The notes under the pieces are model-generated. The model searched no databases and was not told the origin of the DNA. It worked only from the letters and a program-made list of their open reading frames with translations. Below are positions 39,493 to 53,000 of a stretch of 64,000 bases of DNA, piece after piece (the stretch's first letter is position 1; every line of letters starts with the position of its first letter). Source of the DNA: Marsupella aquatica (taxonomy: Eukaryota > Plantae > Marchantiophyta); contig OZ316899.1 in assembly GCA_973895155.1 (NCBI GenBank), forward strand, positions 12,651,934-12,715,933, given 5' to 3'. The position numbers were made by a program, and so were the translations under genes.

Positions 39493-42400
39493 ATGAACAT
39501 ACCACCAGGACCCTCGGGGTCCGGTCCAACCGGTCCTGCTCCAGTTCCTGCTGCACCACCGCCACTAGTACCTATGGCAGCCACCCCGCCGATGGCCCGC
39601 GTTGCCCAAGCTCCTCCACAAACATCGCAACGGTCGCGGTTTCATTATCGACCTTTCAAAGGGCATCATGGGGATGATCCGGATGAATGGTTGGATGAGT
39701 TTGAAGCCACTGCTAAGGCTAACGGGGAAGACGCCATTAAGCTAACTGTCCTCCCTGGAGTGATGCGGGGAGAAGCTCGTCCATGGTACAACTCACTGCC
39801 ACCCGGTACTACATGGGCACAATTCCAAGTTGCGTTGCTGCAAGAATTTTGTGCTATTGGATCCGAGCAACGCTCTTTATTAAAGATCGGCCAGCTTCGC
39901 ATGGGAAAAAAAGAGTCCCTGCAAAAGTTCATTCAAAAGTTTCAGAAACTTGCTGCCAAGATACGGCCTAGGCCTGGTGACGCACTCCAGCTTACGTGGT
40001 TCCTCCATGGTTTGCCCACGAATATGCAATTCTGGGTGCGCCAGAATAACCCAATTTCAATGCAAGCAGCCATAGCGTGCGCCGAAACCTACCGGGAGTC
40101 CACCTATAATTCTTGGCGAAGCCAGCGGGCACACCGCAAGAAGGGCAAGTACGAGACCTTCAGTGACAGTTACTCTGAATCAGACGACGAGAAGAAGAAG
40201 AAGCGCAAGAAGAAGAAGAAATGCAAGAAGAAGAAGAAACATCGTTCGACCTCGTCCAGTTCGGAGACAGAATCTAGTTCAGATTCAACTTCAAACAGCG
40301 TGTCCTCCACCACCAACTCATCGGGAAGTGATTCAGAGAGCAAGAGCCAGAGCAAGAAGAAGAAAAGGAGGGTTAAGAAGGAGGGGAAAATCAAACCCCG
40401 TGCTTGAAGAACGATACCCGATCCAAGGCTGCCGAAGCAGACAAGCTTAACAAAATCACGGATCGCCTCAAAGCACTGTCAGTACATCTCGCGGAAAAGC
40501 CGGTGGAGAAGAAGAAGCCATCTGAGATCCGAGCCCATGCGTGGTGTTCAAAGTGCTTCCAATCCGAGCATGTCGTGCAAGAATGCCCAAGATGGAAGAA
40601 CCGAGTTCACCAGGTGGAATTAGATGATGTCGACAACCCGGGACCTGAAGCGGAGTCCACGGAGTATTTCTTTGAAGACCCTCCTGATTCGGTGTATCAG
40701 ATTTCAATGGTGGGTCCGCGTAACTTAGCAGGTAGCACTGCATACCCCTACCCAAACAATAGCCGAAGTTTCCAAGTTATCAGTAATCCTAGCATTACCC
40801 CTAAACCAGGGATTTGGCGATCCTCGGTTTGTTACAACTGTGAGAAGCCAGGCCACTTTGCGAGGGAATGCACAGAACCAAGACGCAGGGGGATGGCCGT
40901 GGCATGCCACTATGTCAAGTCTGCAAAATGGAAGCTCATTCCATGGCCAATTGTCCATTGGTAATAGCCGCTCGAACAAATGGAGCAAGACCAGCTCAGG
41001 GCGGACCGGCCACGAGCGATGCAATCGTCCAAATGACTGTTGTGGAATGGCAAGATGACAACACCGAGTGGGTGAATCTGGTGGATGTGGCGGAGCACCC
41101 TAATCCATCTGACGAGGCTGAGTGCTACCGAGTGTCAACAAGAGCCGAACGGAAGGAAGAGAAGCAGGAGGAGAAACGCAGGAAAAAGCAAGATACTACT
41201 CCGGTGCAGCCAGCGATAGACATACCCCCAGAGAAAGATGATGACTACCGTAGGGACGACCCGAAGCTATTTTTCCCCCGCATCAAAGAAATGGTAAAGA
41301 AACAGCTGGAGGCCTATGAAGCTCGAGAATACCAGAAGGCAATCGATAAGGACATCAAAGCAGCTGAAGCCGCCTGACGACAGGAGCAAGAAAAGCAGGA
41401 GGAAGGCAAGCAGCAGCCGAAGGAAGAAAAGAAGGAGGACTATGATATTAAGGAAGACGTGAAGAGTTGCCCGGTTACAGCAACAGTAGGACAACTGCTA
41501 CAAAACAATCCACAGTACCGACGGCAACTGAGGGAGTTGCTTATGGGTCGATGACGGAGGCGACTACCCCGTGTTGGGATCGCGGATTGCAACATGATAT
41601 GCGAGGACCTGGGAGCGCCCGACATCTTGATTGAAATAAATAATTGTACCATCAAGATGGTTCTCGTGGACGGAGGAGCAGGCGTCAACATCATGACTGA
41701 AGAAACATCAGTCAAGTTATGATACCTCACGTATCAACCCACGGCCCGAGCTATCAGATTAGCAAATAGGGCAAGGGTCCTCCCATTAGGCACGCTCACA
41801 CGGGTGCTCACTCTGGTGGGAGGGGTGGAGTTCTATCTCAACTTCCTAGTCATGAGGAAGGTTCGGCCCTCCTCTTATCCGGTCCTCCTAGGCAGGCCGT
41901 GGCCATACGGTGGCCGTGTAGTCACGGATTGGGGAAAGAAGGAGCTACGGTTCGGGACACCCACAGTACGGGTATCATGGGCAATGGACGATTACCAGGG
42001 CAAAACTCCACAGGGACCCGAGGAATATGATTCGGAGACCTCGGAGGAAGAGGAACTCAATATGATTGAACTCATCTCGTCCCTGTCCGAGGAAGATGTC
42101 TTTGGAGTTGAGGCAACCCGGGAAACACATCTCCTGAATTACCCGAAGGCTGCTATTGAGTCCACCCCGAGCACCTCCACCGCCCGGGATGAGGAAACGC
42201 AAAAACAACTGATCAATACGGAGGACACAGCTCCAGCTAAGCAGGGCGCCGATGTTGCTTCTACCAGTGCAGAGCCTCGTGACCACGAACCGGCCAAACA
42301 ACCGCCCGATGCCAAAAACCTGAGACCAAGACATAAGAAACGAGTTTCCTGAGATCCGTCCATCCCACAATTGGAGGAAGTGACTCCAATCCCGAAACCA

Positions 42401-45280
42401 ATCCCGGTTCCACCCATGTACGGAGGAGTTCGGTTAGCTGAACTCGATGCGAGCCTGGACCCAAGCTTGCGGAACCAGGTTGAAGTCATCAGGAAGGAGC
42501 ACTACCGGAAGTACACCATTGGGATGGATAAGTCTTTTAACCTGGGCCACGCTCTGACTGGGGAGGCAGAAAAATCTATCCAAGCTTTGCTCAAGGAATA
42601 TGAAGATGTGTTTGCATGGAGCCATCATGATTTAACCGGAGTCTCCCCCGAGTTAGGAGAACACACGATCGATTTGAATTTGGGGGCCCATGCAGTACGG
42701 CAGCGACAACGTTGCATGAACCCGAGGTACTCCATCTTAGTGAAGGAGGAAATTGATCGTCTCCTCGCTGCAGATATCATCTCCCCAGTAATGGCCAGCG
42801 ACTGGGTCTCTCCCATCGTCATTGTACCAAAAAAGGGAGGTACGGACGGAAAACCTAAGATCCGGATCTGTCACGACTATCGTAAGCTAAATGACGCGAC
42901 CAGAAAAGACCATTACCCGTTACCATTCACGGATATGGTTCTAGATATGGTAGCCCGAAATGAAATTTATACATTCCTTGATGGGAATGGGTTATAACCA
43001 AATCTGGATTTGCCTCTCGGATCAGCTCAAAACAACGTTCACTACAGAATGGGGGACTTTCGCATTTCGGAGAATGCCGTTCGGACTGTGTAACGCTCTG
43101 GCCATGTTTCAGCAACTCATGATGAATATCTTCCACGATTTCCTACGGGAATTTCTGGAGATATTTATCGACGACTTTGCCATCTTTGGAACCGTCGCCA
43201 TGCACCCCAAACACCTAAGACGTACGTTGCAACGATGCCGAGAGGTTAACCTCAAACTACATCCCGCCAAATGCTTTTTCGGGGTAGAGGAGGGGGTGTT
43301 ACTCGGGCATCGTGTGTCCAAACGGGGTATCGAGGTGGACCAAGAGAAGGTCGCGGCCTGGATGGCGGTGGTGTTCCCCGTGGATCAAAAAGCGGTACGA
43401 TCCTTCTTGGGTTGTGTCGGGTATTACTGTCGGTTCATTAAAGACTTTGCTAAAATTGCGTTGCCCTTAACTGAGATGATGAAGAAGGACGCGGTGATCG
43501 AGGAGACACCCCGAAGACGGATTGCTTTCAAAGAACTCCGTAAACGACTCACCACCGCACCTATCATGATCACTCCAGACTGGAATAAGGAGTTCCACGT
43601 GTATGTCGATGTGTCAGGGTTCTGTATTGGATCCGTGCTCAGTCAGTTTGATGAGGACGGATGCGACCACCCCATCTACTTCGCTAGCCGTCAATTATTC
43701 ACAGCCAAAAAGAATTATTCCCCCACTGATCGAGAAGCTCTGGGAATAATCTACTCGTGTAAAAAGTTCCGACACTATCTGCTTGACTACAAGGTCATAT
43801 TCCACACGGATCATGATAGCCTGAAGTACATGGTCAACAAAGTGGACGTGACGGGACGGATAGCCCGGTGGGTGCTACTTCTCCAGGAATTTAACTACGA
43901 AGTTCGGGTTTGGCCAGGAAAGGTACACGTCAACGCCGATTTCTTTTCAAGGCTGGACGACGTACCAGTCGATCAGCCAATTAATGATATTTTTCCGGAT
44001 GAGGAATTGTTCCACGTAGGGGCGGGGACGCCAACGTGGTACGGTTCAATAATCACCTTCCTCTTAACAGGCCGCATCCCTGACGGCATCAATCAGGAAG
44101 CCGCCGCTGTGTTTTTAAGGAAAGCCGGGCCTTATGTCATGATACAGGGCCACCTACATAAGGAAGGAGTTAATGGGAAATTATGACGCTGCTTAGAGTA
44201 TAAGGAAACACTTATCGTGATGCGGGCCTTGCATGAAGAAGAAGCTAGAGACCATTTCGCGGCTATCATGACAACCCAAAAGATTCTGGACTCGGGGTAT
44301 TGGTGGCCTACGTTGCATCGGGATGTACAATGCTTCATCAAAGGTTGTGACCTGTGTCAACGGGCTGGGGCCCCGAGACAAGCTCATCATCACCCTCTCA
44401 CGTCCGTGCTTCCCTTAGCACCTTTCGAAAAGTGGGGTATTGATTACATCGGGCCGTTCACTCCCGTTACCTGAAGGCAAAGATGCAAGTACATCCTGCT
44501 AGCTATAGATTACTCCACCAAGTGGGTCAAAGCGCGGGCTACGGTGAAGGACGACGCTGCAACCAGCGCCAGGCTCTTATATGAACAGATTTTCACCCGG
44601 TTTGGACCGCCCTTAGAGTTGGTAAGCGACCGTGGAACACACTTCCTCAATGACACTGTAGCCCAGCTTACGGAGCGTTACCTAGTCAAGCACCGCAAGA
44701 CTACCCCGTATCATCCTAAAGCCAACGGGATGGCAGAGAGAGCCAATGGTATCATTGGGAAGATCCTCAACAAAACTGTAGCTGCGCACAAAACGGATTG
44801 GGATGATAAGTTGTACGCAGCGGTGTACTCGTATAATCTAGCTTACAAAACTACTACGAGTCATAGCTCGTACTTTCTCGTGTTCGACCAACATTCGTTG
44901 GTGCCCGTCGAGTTTGATGTACACACTCCACGGGTCAGCATTCGGGATCGCTTGCCCGAACCTGAAAGTTTGTCAGACCGAGCTTATCAGATTGAAGCCT
45001 TAGAAGAGGCACGGCTACTAGCATCTCGACACGCCGTACATCAGCAAGCAACTTCTACGAAGCGCACGACAAAGGACTACGGAAGGTCGATGTCGTGACA
45101 GGCGATCTGGTCCTTCTGTACGATAGTAGGTACATGCAGTTTCCAGGGAAGCTTCATACCCGTTGGTTAGGGCCCTTCCTAGTCAATCAGATCTACCCCA
45201 ACGGATCTTTGGAGCTTGCGACGTACGCCGGCGATTTACTCCCCACGCGAGTCAATTACGATCGTGTAAAGAAGTACCAC
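39493..45280 (+). pseudogene. element B gag-pol (gag, 3 CCHC knuckles, PR, RT, RNaseH, integrase); multiple lesions
   Basis: DDPDEWL, VDGGAGVNIM, DYRKLN, MPFGLCNA, FIDDF, NYSPTDRE, YWWPTL, WGIDYIGP, SDRGTHF, WLGPF. Confidence 0.95.
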
Positions 45281-48200
45281 TGTGGTGCGTCCCATGGCTC
45301 CCTAAACCCAAGAAACCCCCCAGCTCAAGCCGATTCCCGCAGGTTTCGCGCTTGGCGAGGCCGTTTCCGCGGCTTAGCGGCATGGGACGCTGCTAACCTT
45401 CTTCTACTACTACTATTAACATTTACACACATATACTGGACAAATCCTTCATCGGGTCATGAGATACGTAGCCGGCCTAATCTAGGCCTTCCCTTGTCTT
45501 CCCCTCCGTCTTGTTAGGTATGTTTGGATTCCGCCGCCGGAATGATCCCCAATAGGCTTGGTTAAGCCGCTAAGACCTCTCTCAGCTCGACACATCCAAC
45601 TCTCACTCCCCTGCTTACTTTCCTTCCTCTATTAGTTGATGTGGGCACTCTTCACACAAGTTAATGCGACACACAAATAGCAAAATGACTCCTTCTGACT
45701 AAGTCATACCATGCACTTGCCATACAAATAGTACATCTCATACACAAGCTCTGCGAACTAAGCCGTGAGGCCAACTCTATTCAGCTCTTAGGCATGAGGA
45801 AACATGAATATACATAAGGGTCACTGTATGACTAACCGAGAGCTTCTCTTACTACTTGATCCCAGCCCGGCTGGTGCAAACTAAAAACTTGCTAAAGAAG
45901 AGGCCCTGGACTCCCCGCTGCCCAGGTATTTATCCTGGCAGTTAATCTGTCCAGAACTTCGCTGCGTAAGCTTAATCTATCCTACCTGTAATCTACCTAA
46001 CTGTACAGTGAGGCAGGAGCACAAGTGTTGCTCCTGCCAGTGGAACCGCAATCCCACTAAGCTAAGTGTCAGGGCCGCCTCCTGGTCCTGATCCTAATCC
46101 TAAACTTGGAGATCAGCGCCCGCCCTGCCCACTCACGCCTCCTACCTCCACGTCCGCCCTTCCTAAAAGGAACGGCGCCCTTGCACCGTCACGACACCGG
46201 TGGTGGATCCTCAATGGATGCCCCCAACGCTTCCTCCTCAGCCACTGTCGTAGGTTCGTTCTCTGACAGATTACCTGCCCTTGACTGAGTCAACTCTCCA
46301 TTGGCCTGACTGGGTCTACCATCGGCATCGGCGTCGGCTCGGGAATCATTCTCGGCTACGGCCTCAGCCTCGGCTATGGTCTCCCCGGCCTGCTCAAGAG
46401 GCGGATCTGGGATACCGGCCTCATTATTGAGTAGTTCGGCTTGGGCCGCGCCATCCTCACCTTTGGTGATAGCGGGATCTATTGCCGTGTTCATGCCGGA
46501 GGTTGGTGCTGGGTCTACCTCCTTGGTCACCACGGCCAGTGGAGTCGTATTACTCCTTGACCCTGAAGGTTTCCGCTTCTTCTTCTTTTCTGGTTTGGCA
46601 GCTGGTCCCTTCCCCTTCCCACTTACTTCCGGCACTGGTGCAGGTGGCGCGGCTTGTTCTTCGGCCAGTACCACTCCTGGTAACTTGGTTGCCCCAATTG
46701 GAGTTGGGCCTGATGAAGACAAGCACTTAAATACTACGGCTTGTTTCTTTAGCCGCTCTGTTTGGTTGTCGGCCCGCCGCTGTAGGTTCTCCATCTTCCT
46801 CGTGATTTCCTCCAACTCCTCCTGGGTCTCATCCAGGTCCTTGCGCGCCTCTTCTAGCTCATTTTTGGCTTCCTCCAATTCCCTGTGGGCTTCCTCCAAT
46901 TCCTTCTTGGTGGTAGCCCTCTCCTCCCGGGTTGCTCTTAGCTCCTTGTCGAGCTCTGCAATGATGACAGACTCCATCTGGTTCATCTTGGCGTAAGTCT
47001 GATCGAGCATCTCGTCCTTCTCCCGTAGGTCGGCCTTGAAGCTGGCCGTCAGGGACGCAAGCTCCTGCTACAGCGCCATAATCCCTTGATAGGATTTCCC
47101 TAACTCGGCCTCCTTCTGCTCAAGGACTCCGCGGATTTTCTCGAGCTCCCCCTTCAACGCCCATTCCTTTCTTTGGGTCTCCGCCATGGCCCGGTTGTTG
47201 GATGTTATGTGGGCCTCCTCTGCATTCCTCAGCTCCTTCTTCCATTTCTCCCTGTCCTTGATTGCGTCGGCCAATTCTCCTTGGGTCCGCGTCAGTAGAT
47301 TCTCGATCATCCGATTATCAGATTGTGCGGTATCCAACTGGCCCTGCATGATATTTAGCTCATGCCGCTTAATCCGCAGCTCATCTTGGGCTTTCTTGGC
47401 CACCCTCAGGTCCTTGATTTTGGCTTCCCTTTCCCTAAGCCGACGGATGACCTCGTCCTTCTTGCTTCTTTCCAAGGTCACCGCTTCTTCTAATTGGCGC
47501 TTCTCCAACATCTCCCTCTGGAAAAAGGGTCCCTGCTCCAACTCCTCCCCAAATATGTTGAGCGCCAGTTCTCCACACATCTCCCCGTACTCCATGGCTC
47601 TGTCTTTAGCATAGGTGGAGGAAGTAGAAGTCATCGGCATCATCCACCGCGGCCTCTGCTCCCAAGCCGTCTTGCAGATCTCTTCAATCGTGGCTAGAGG
47701 TTTGCTTCCTTTTTTGGCTAGCCGCTTGATGTCCTCCGGCCAATCTCCTCCTGGCAAATCCTTTTCTCTAGCCAGGGCTGCCTCCTCTTCCTGCCTGATT
47801 TGCTCCTGAAATTCCTGCGCCGTCTGTTTTATGCCGTCAAAGCTCGGGGGAGCAATATCTGGTGGGGGAGACTCAGGGCTACTCTGTTGGTTGGGGTCCC
47901 CTCGTACTACCCTTGGAAGTGTGGGGATAAACCGGCCACAGGTCCTTACTCCTGGAACGTGATGGTCCGACCCATAGCCGGAGTTATCATGGCTGCAGTC
48001 CTCCACTGCCTCCTCTACTTCTTGGACTTCCGGCTTCTCCCTCTCCTCTTTGTCCGTAGGAGCTTCAGGCAATTCTGCCTCAGATTCAGAGCTTGAGACT
48101 CCTACGTACATTCGAACACCCGGCTTGGATTCTGGCCTGATTCTCTCCTTGTCTCCAGTAAAGGGGTTTTCCCTTGTAAGCCGGTGTAGGCCTACCTCTG

Positions 48201-49965
48201 GAGCAGTGTCCTGCATTGTTGCCGTTGCCGTTGTCGTTGCCGATGCCGATCTCTTTTCTTTCTCCAGTAGTTTCAGCAGATTCTGCATGCCTGGTTGCTG
48301 CATCGGCAAGTCCTCCGTCCTTGGCCTAAACACCTGCTCGATCGTAGGGCTAACAGGTGGTTGAGGCTTCTCTGCTACCGGCCTCGGTGCTGGAACTTCC
48401 TCGGGTGCCCTTACCTGCAGGGGAAGTACTGGGGCAAAGATCTGACCTCTGGCATACTGGCACAACAGCGGCATGTGATAGCCAAGCCGCGACACGCTCC
48501 CCATGCCGATTACCTGCTGCTCCTCCTTTAAGATCTTCTTCAATTGGTTGAGGAGGTACCCGTTGTAGTCCCGGCTTGAGTCTGGCCTCTCTGCCAAATA
48601 GACCTGTGCCTTGCCGATCTCTGCCCTCGGCAAGTTACAGTGCATGGTCACCCGCAAGAAGTCGATCATCTCTCCTATGTGTGGGTTGGTGCAGGTGTTC
48701 CGGAAGAAGCCATTCTTTGTTGATGGCCCGGGGAACGACCGGAACTCCTTGTCAGGCAAGGTCTTCCTGGTATCAACTTTGGTCTTATTGCCTATCGGCA
48801 AGCCAAACACTTCGGCAATCACCTTGGGAGTAAGATAGAAATCCTTCCCATATATCCTCGTGCAATTGGTCTCGGGTTCCCATGACCCCACGAATTCTAA
48901 TAGGTCTGAATCCGGCACCTCCGGCTTCAGCCATGGTAATCTTACAAAGGCCTCTAAGCCGGATCTGGCCATGAAGCCTTGGTACTTCTTGGTCTGCATG
49001 GCCGTAAAGCATGCATCCTCCTCCCGTGCAAAATGTAATTGCACCTCCACCGGTAGGGTTGCCGCCCAGCCTTTCCAGGTATCATCCCTGGTTGGAATGG
49101 CATTGATGGGATCGACCTCCTCCTCTTCGGCTTCTCCCTGCCTCCTGCTCTGTTGCTCGGCTGGCTTCCTTGGTGCCGCCGACCTCGTTCTTTTTGCCGG
49201 GGTGGCTTCATCATTGACGGCTCCCTTCCTCTTCATCTGTGCTGCCGTGGAGGTTTCTCCTAGCACCGTTGCCGGGGTCCACCTTTCCGTGCTACCCTTC
49301 AATTCCCAGTGTATGTCGTTGCAGTTCTTGATGGCCTCTCGAATGCCGATGATTCTGTCTTCACAAAACATAAGATCGTCGAGCTGATTGGAAGTAGGAG
49401 TCCACAAGAACTCGGCGTTGATGAGTTTGCCTCCTAAGAAAGCCGTCTTCTGCAGCTCCCACAATCGAGCGAGCTCTTGCCATTCTCGAGCTGCCCTTTC
49501 TGATTCCTCGTCCTCGTAAGTCTTGATGTACTCAGTTGCCCGTTCGAACAGGCATCCCCAGAAATGTGCCGCTTGATTGACGTTGCTCATACCCTCCTTA
49601 GATCGATCGTCGGTATCTACTCTCTCCCCGAGTGCTTGCCTAAGTAGCTGACAGTAGTTGGCCTCCTGTAGTCGTCTGCCTAGTTCGTGCTCACAAATGA
49701 GCCACCATTCCCTGCAAGCGCTCCTTACCCCTCTCCTCTTCCGGTCCTTCCTCCCGTTGATCCTTCCTAGCCGCCGACGCTTAACGCGCCCTAACCCTAA
49801 TAGAGTTTCACCCCCAGCGTCCTTACCTCCGGCCTCGGCCCGGGTTCCATGGTCGCCCCTAATTGTTTATATTTTCCTTGTTTTGTCCCTATACTAAGGT
49901 GTTTCTAGGGTGCATTCCTGCTTTACCCACTTAACTGGCCGAGTGATTCCTGGCTAGGCATCACA
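45281..49965 (-). mobile_element. solo LTR A' (4,685 bp, diverged A-family subfamily) inserted antisense at the end of the B integrase
   Basis: Reverse complement of LTR-A end to end; TSD ACCAC (45276-45280 and 49966-49970); no PBS or internal domain. Confidence 0.95.
46189..49590 (-). pseudogene. LTR-A-embedded gene, nearly intact solo-LTR copy (1,133 codons, single TAG at 47068-47070)
   Basis: The 840-aa and 273-aa ORFs are in the same frame; the other LTR-A copies have CAG at the stop position. Confidence 0.9.
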
Positions 49966-50020
49966 ACCACCATCAAGACGACAACGCCAAAAGTGATGTT
50001 TGCGAGGATGCTTCACAGTT

Positions 50021-50033
50021 AAGCTGGGAGCTA
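50021..50033 (+). other. atypical PPT of element B
   Basis: AAGCTGGGAGCTA before the LTR TG; matches the equivalent tract of A. Confidence 0.6.
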
Positions 50034-53000
50034 TGTGACATCGCCGGTACAGCGAGTAATGAGTAATTCAGTCTAGACCGCGCTTAGCACGCGCGTTAGG
50101 GGTATCTTAGGCCGCTATTATTAGCATAACGACAGTATTTAGGTAACCATTATGAGTAGGAAATCATTAGTTAATAAGGGGAATTCATGTTCGGACTGGC
50201 GGCGTGTTGCCATTTGCACGCCCGGGTTGCGAGCGTGGAGGGGCCCCTCCCTCGGGTCCGTATAATGAACTTAGGGAAGCGGCCACTGACACGCGCTGAC
50301 TCAGACCGGCGGAGTGGCCGGTACACTACAAGCGTGAACGGTTCAGCCTATAGGCAACGAGGAGATGTCGGGTGATCGACAAGCCCTCAAGGTATAAAAA
50401 GGGAGCCAACCTTTGTAGTGCACCAGTCCATCAATCCACACGCCAGCTTCGACCCCAGCTCTCTCGTTCTCTCTTAGTCGCCACTGCTATCACCTCTTAA
50501 TGTCGCACACGATCCTCTCCAGTTCGGCCATTTGATTCTGGACGCAGTTCCTATCTACCGGAAGACACTTGGCCGACTCATTGAAACACGTCAACCCGCG
50601 CCGATACAAAATCGAACGCGAGTACGAGAGAGCCATCTACCTAGCAGGATGACACCACTATATCCTTAACTTTGACTACCCGTCTCAGAGCGAGCTTTAC
50701 CGACCAGCAGAGGTATCTGGGTACTTCTTCAACGGAGACAAATATATCGGTTTCTGGGAAGCATTGCTTCGGCTTCCGGACGAGGTCTTCAATATCCCGG
50801 GTACGATCGACTTGCAAGGACATCACTTCGACCACATCCCTGCTCAGGTTTGGGCTATCATCAACAGCGAATCTAGCACTACCCGTTTGACAAGGCCGTC
50901 TGCACTTGCTTCGGAGAACTTCTACCAGCACCTGCAGAGCTTCATGGGAACTAGACCCTCAACCGCCGGCGCCGGCCCAGTCGACCCCATACCCGTACCC
51001 GCACCAACGCAGACTCAGGCTCAGCTTCAGTCTCAGTCTCAGCCTCAGCCTAGCCAACCCCCACCGCTGATCGCCCCGCCAGTACAAGTACGCTCTGTCA
51101 TCAATGCTGTGGACCTTAGCGATGACGACGAGGCTACCCCACCCTTGCTCAGGCGGCCCAAAGGAGTAAACACTCAGGGGGCCGACACTACATCGTCCCC
51201 TCTCCATGCTCGGACCCAAGGAGCGGCTCCAGCAGACAACACGGTGACCGTGGCCGCCCCGGGCCCAATACTAACGGCGGTAGCACTACCTATGCCCGAT
51301 CGAGAGGATGGGGAGGTGTCACCCTCCCCGAGCTAGTCACGGGGGAAGAAGAGGAAGGAACCCGCCGCTGCATCCGGGTTACCATTGGGCACGGTAGCCG
51401 CGGCCAAGGTGACAATGCACCGCATGGGGGAAAACGTGCATAAAAACATCCTCCATCCCAAACATGCGGTGTACCTGAAGACTCAGGGATTTGAGCACCT
51501 CGCCTCTTTCCCGTGGAACACTTGCAGGTACTACGGGGAGGACATGATGGAATTTGTCAAGAATTATGATGATGCACGTCAACATACTCGGCTGCGGGGA
51601 AGGAATATGTCCCTCACGGAAGAATGGCTCAAGATGATCTTCGGGTTACCCGAAGGTGACCACCGAGTCAAATCATGGGCTCCCGGGGGCAAGGGAGCCA
51701 AGTACCAATCCTCGAGTTTTCCCTCAGAGGGAGCAGTGGACAACGGGTTTGTGATGAGGACCTGCCTCATCCCCGAGATAGCTGAGCGACTGGAGTTCCA
51801 AAGGTACGCCCTCCACATGATGGAACCCCGGGGGGAGATCTCCGCTGCCCAGGTTATCCAGGTCGAGAACTATCGACCTAGGAAGTGGGCGTCATACTTT
51901 GCTAAGAAATTCCATGAAGAGATGGAGCGGCAAAGAAAGACGCTATACATTGGCGGGAAGGCATATTTTGCTAGCCACATTGAGATCATTCTCAAGTGGT
52001 ACGCTCGGTTTGATCAACGAACCCTTCCCCGTGTCAACGTTACAAAGCTGGTCCCAGCTAGGTGGGTTTTCCTGGCCTTGGAGAGACGGCCCCAACCTGA
52101 GGCCCGAAGTCCAGTGGACACGCAGGCTTCACCCACCCCACCTCCACAAGTAGCTATAGTCGTGACCGAGGAGGTACCGGATGGGTTGGTAATCGCAACC
52201 GTAGATGCGATCCAACAGGCCGGGCCAAGTACAGAAGTCGGTACAACAGAGGCCTTACTCGAGCCCGGGTCTCCCAAAGACCCATCGGTGGCTATTCCGG
52301 AGAACCGGACTCTGCTGCAGGAGGACACTCCAACCCCTTCCAACACTACGTCCCCAGGGCTGGATGTCACTGCCCCGGCCCCCGCGCGTGTTGACGTCTG
52401 CCCGTGCCCAACTCTGGACAGGCACAACCTGGACCACCCGGAACTCTTCATACCGGGTACATTTCTGAACGGGCTTCTGGGAGATTTATATCATCAAATT
52501 GCCCGGGATACCGGGGAGTTCATGGCCCGGAAGGTAGCCTATTTCTTCAATCAGGAGTTGGTTGCCATAGTAAAGGCAGGTCGGGCCCAATCAGAGGATA
52601 GAGCGGTACCGAGTGGAGTCCGTATACTTAAAGAACAAAGTTGCGGCTCAAGAGGCTGAGCTTTTGCAACTATGAACCAAAGTTGCAGCCACCGATGAGT
52701 TGTTAGCAAAGGCGCACGCCCTTACCGCCCTAGCCGAATAGGCCAAAGCTGGGAACGAGGCCGAGATTGCACGACTCCGGAACCAGATTGACAGTTTGAA
52801 GAATCAAACTGTCATCTGGCAGAAAGACCTGGAGGAGGCCGAAGAACGGGCCCAGCGGGACACTACGGAGATAGCCACGCTACAGGCCAAAGTGGCGCGG
52901 CTCCAAACTGAAGCTGAGAAGCAGGACCAGCTGGCGGGCAAGCTAACGAGCGACGCCCAGCAGCTGGAGGAGGCATGCCAGGAGGCAACGGAGGAGACGG

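Noticed and set aside
45281-49965. Antisense extra ORF between pol and the 3' LTR of B, as in Retand elements
   Set aside because: It is an independent A-family solo LTR with its own ACCAC TSD interrupting the end of the B integrase.
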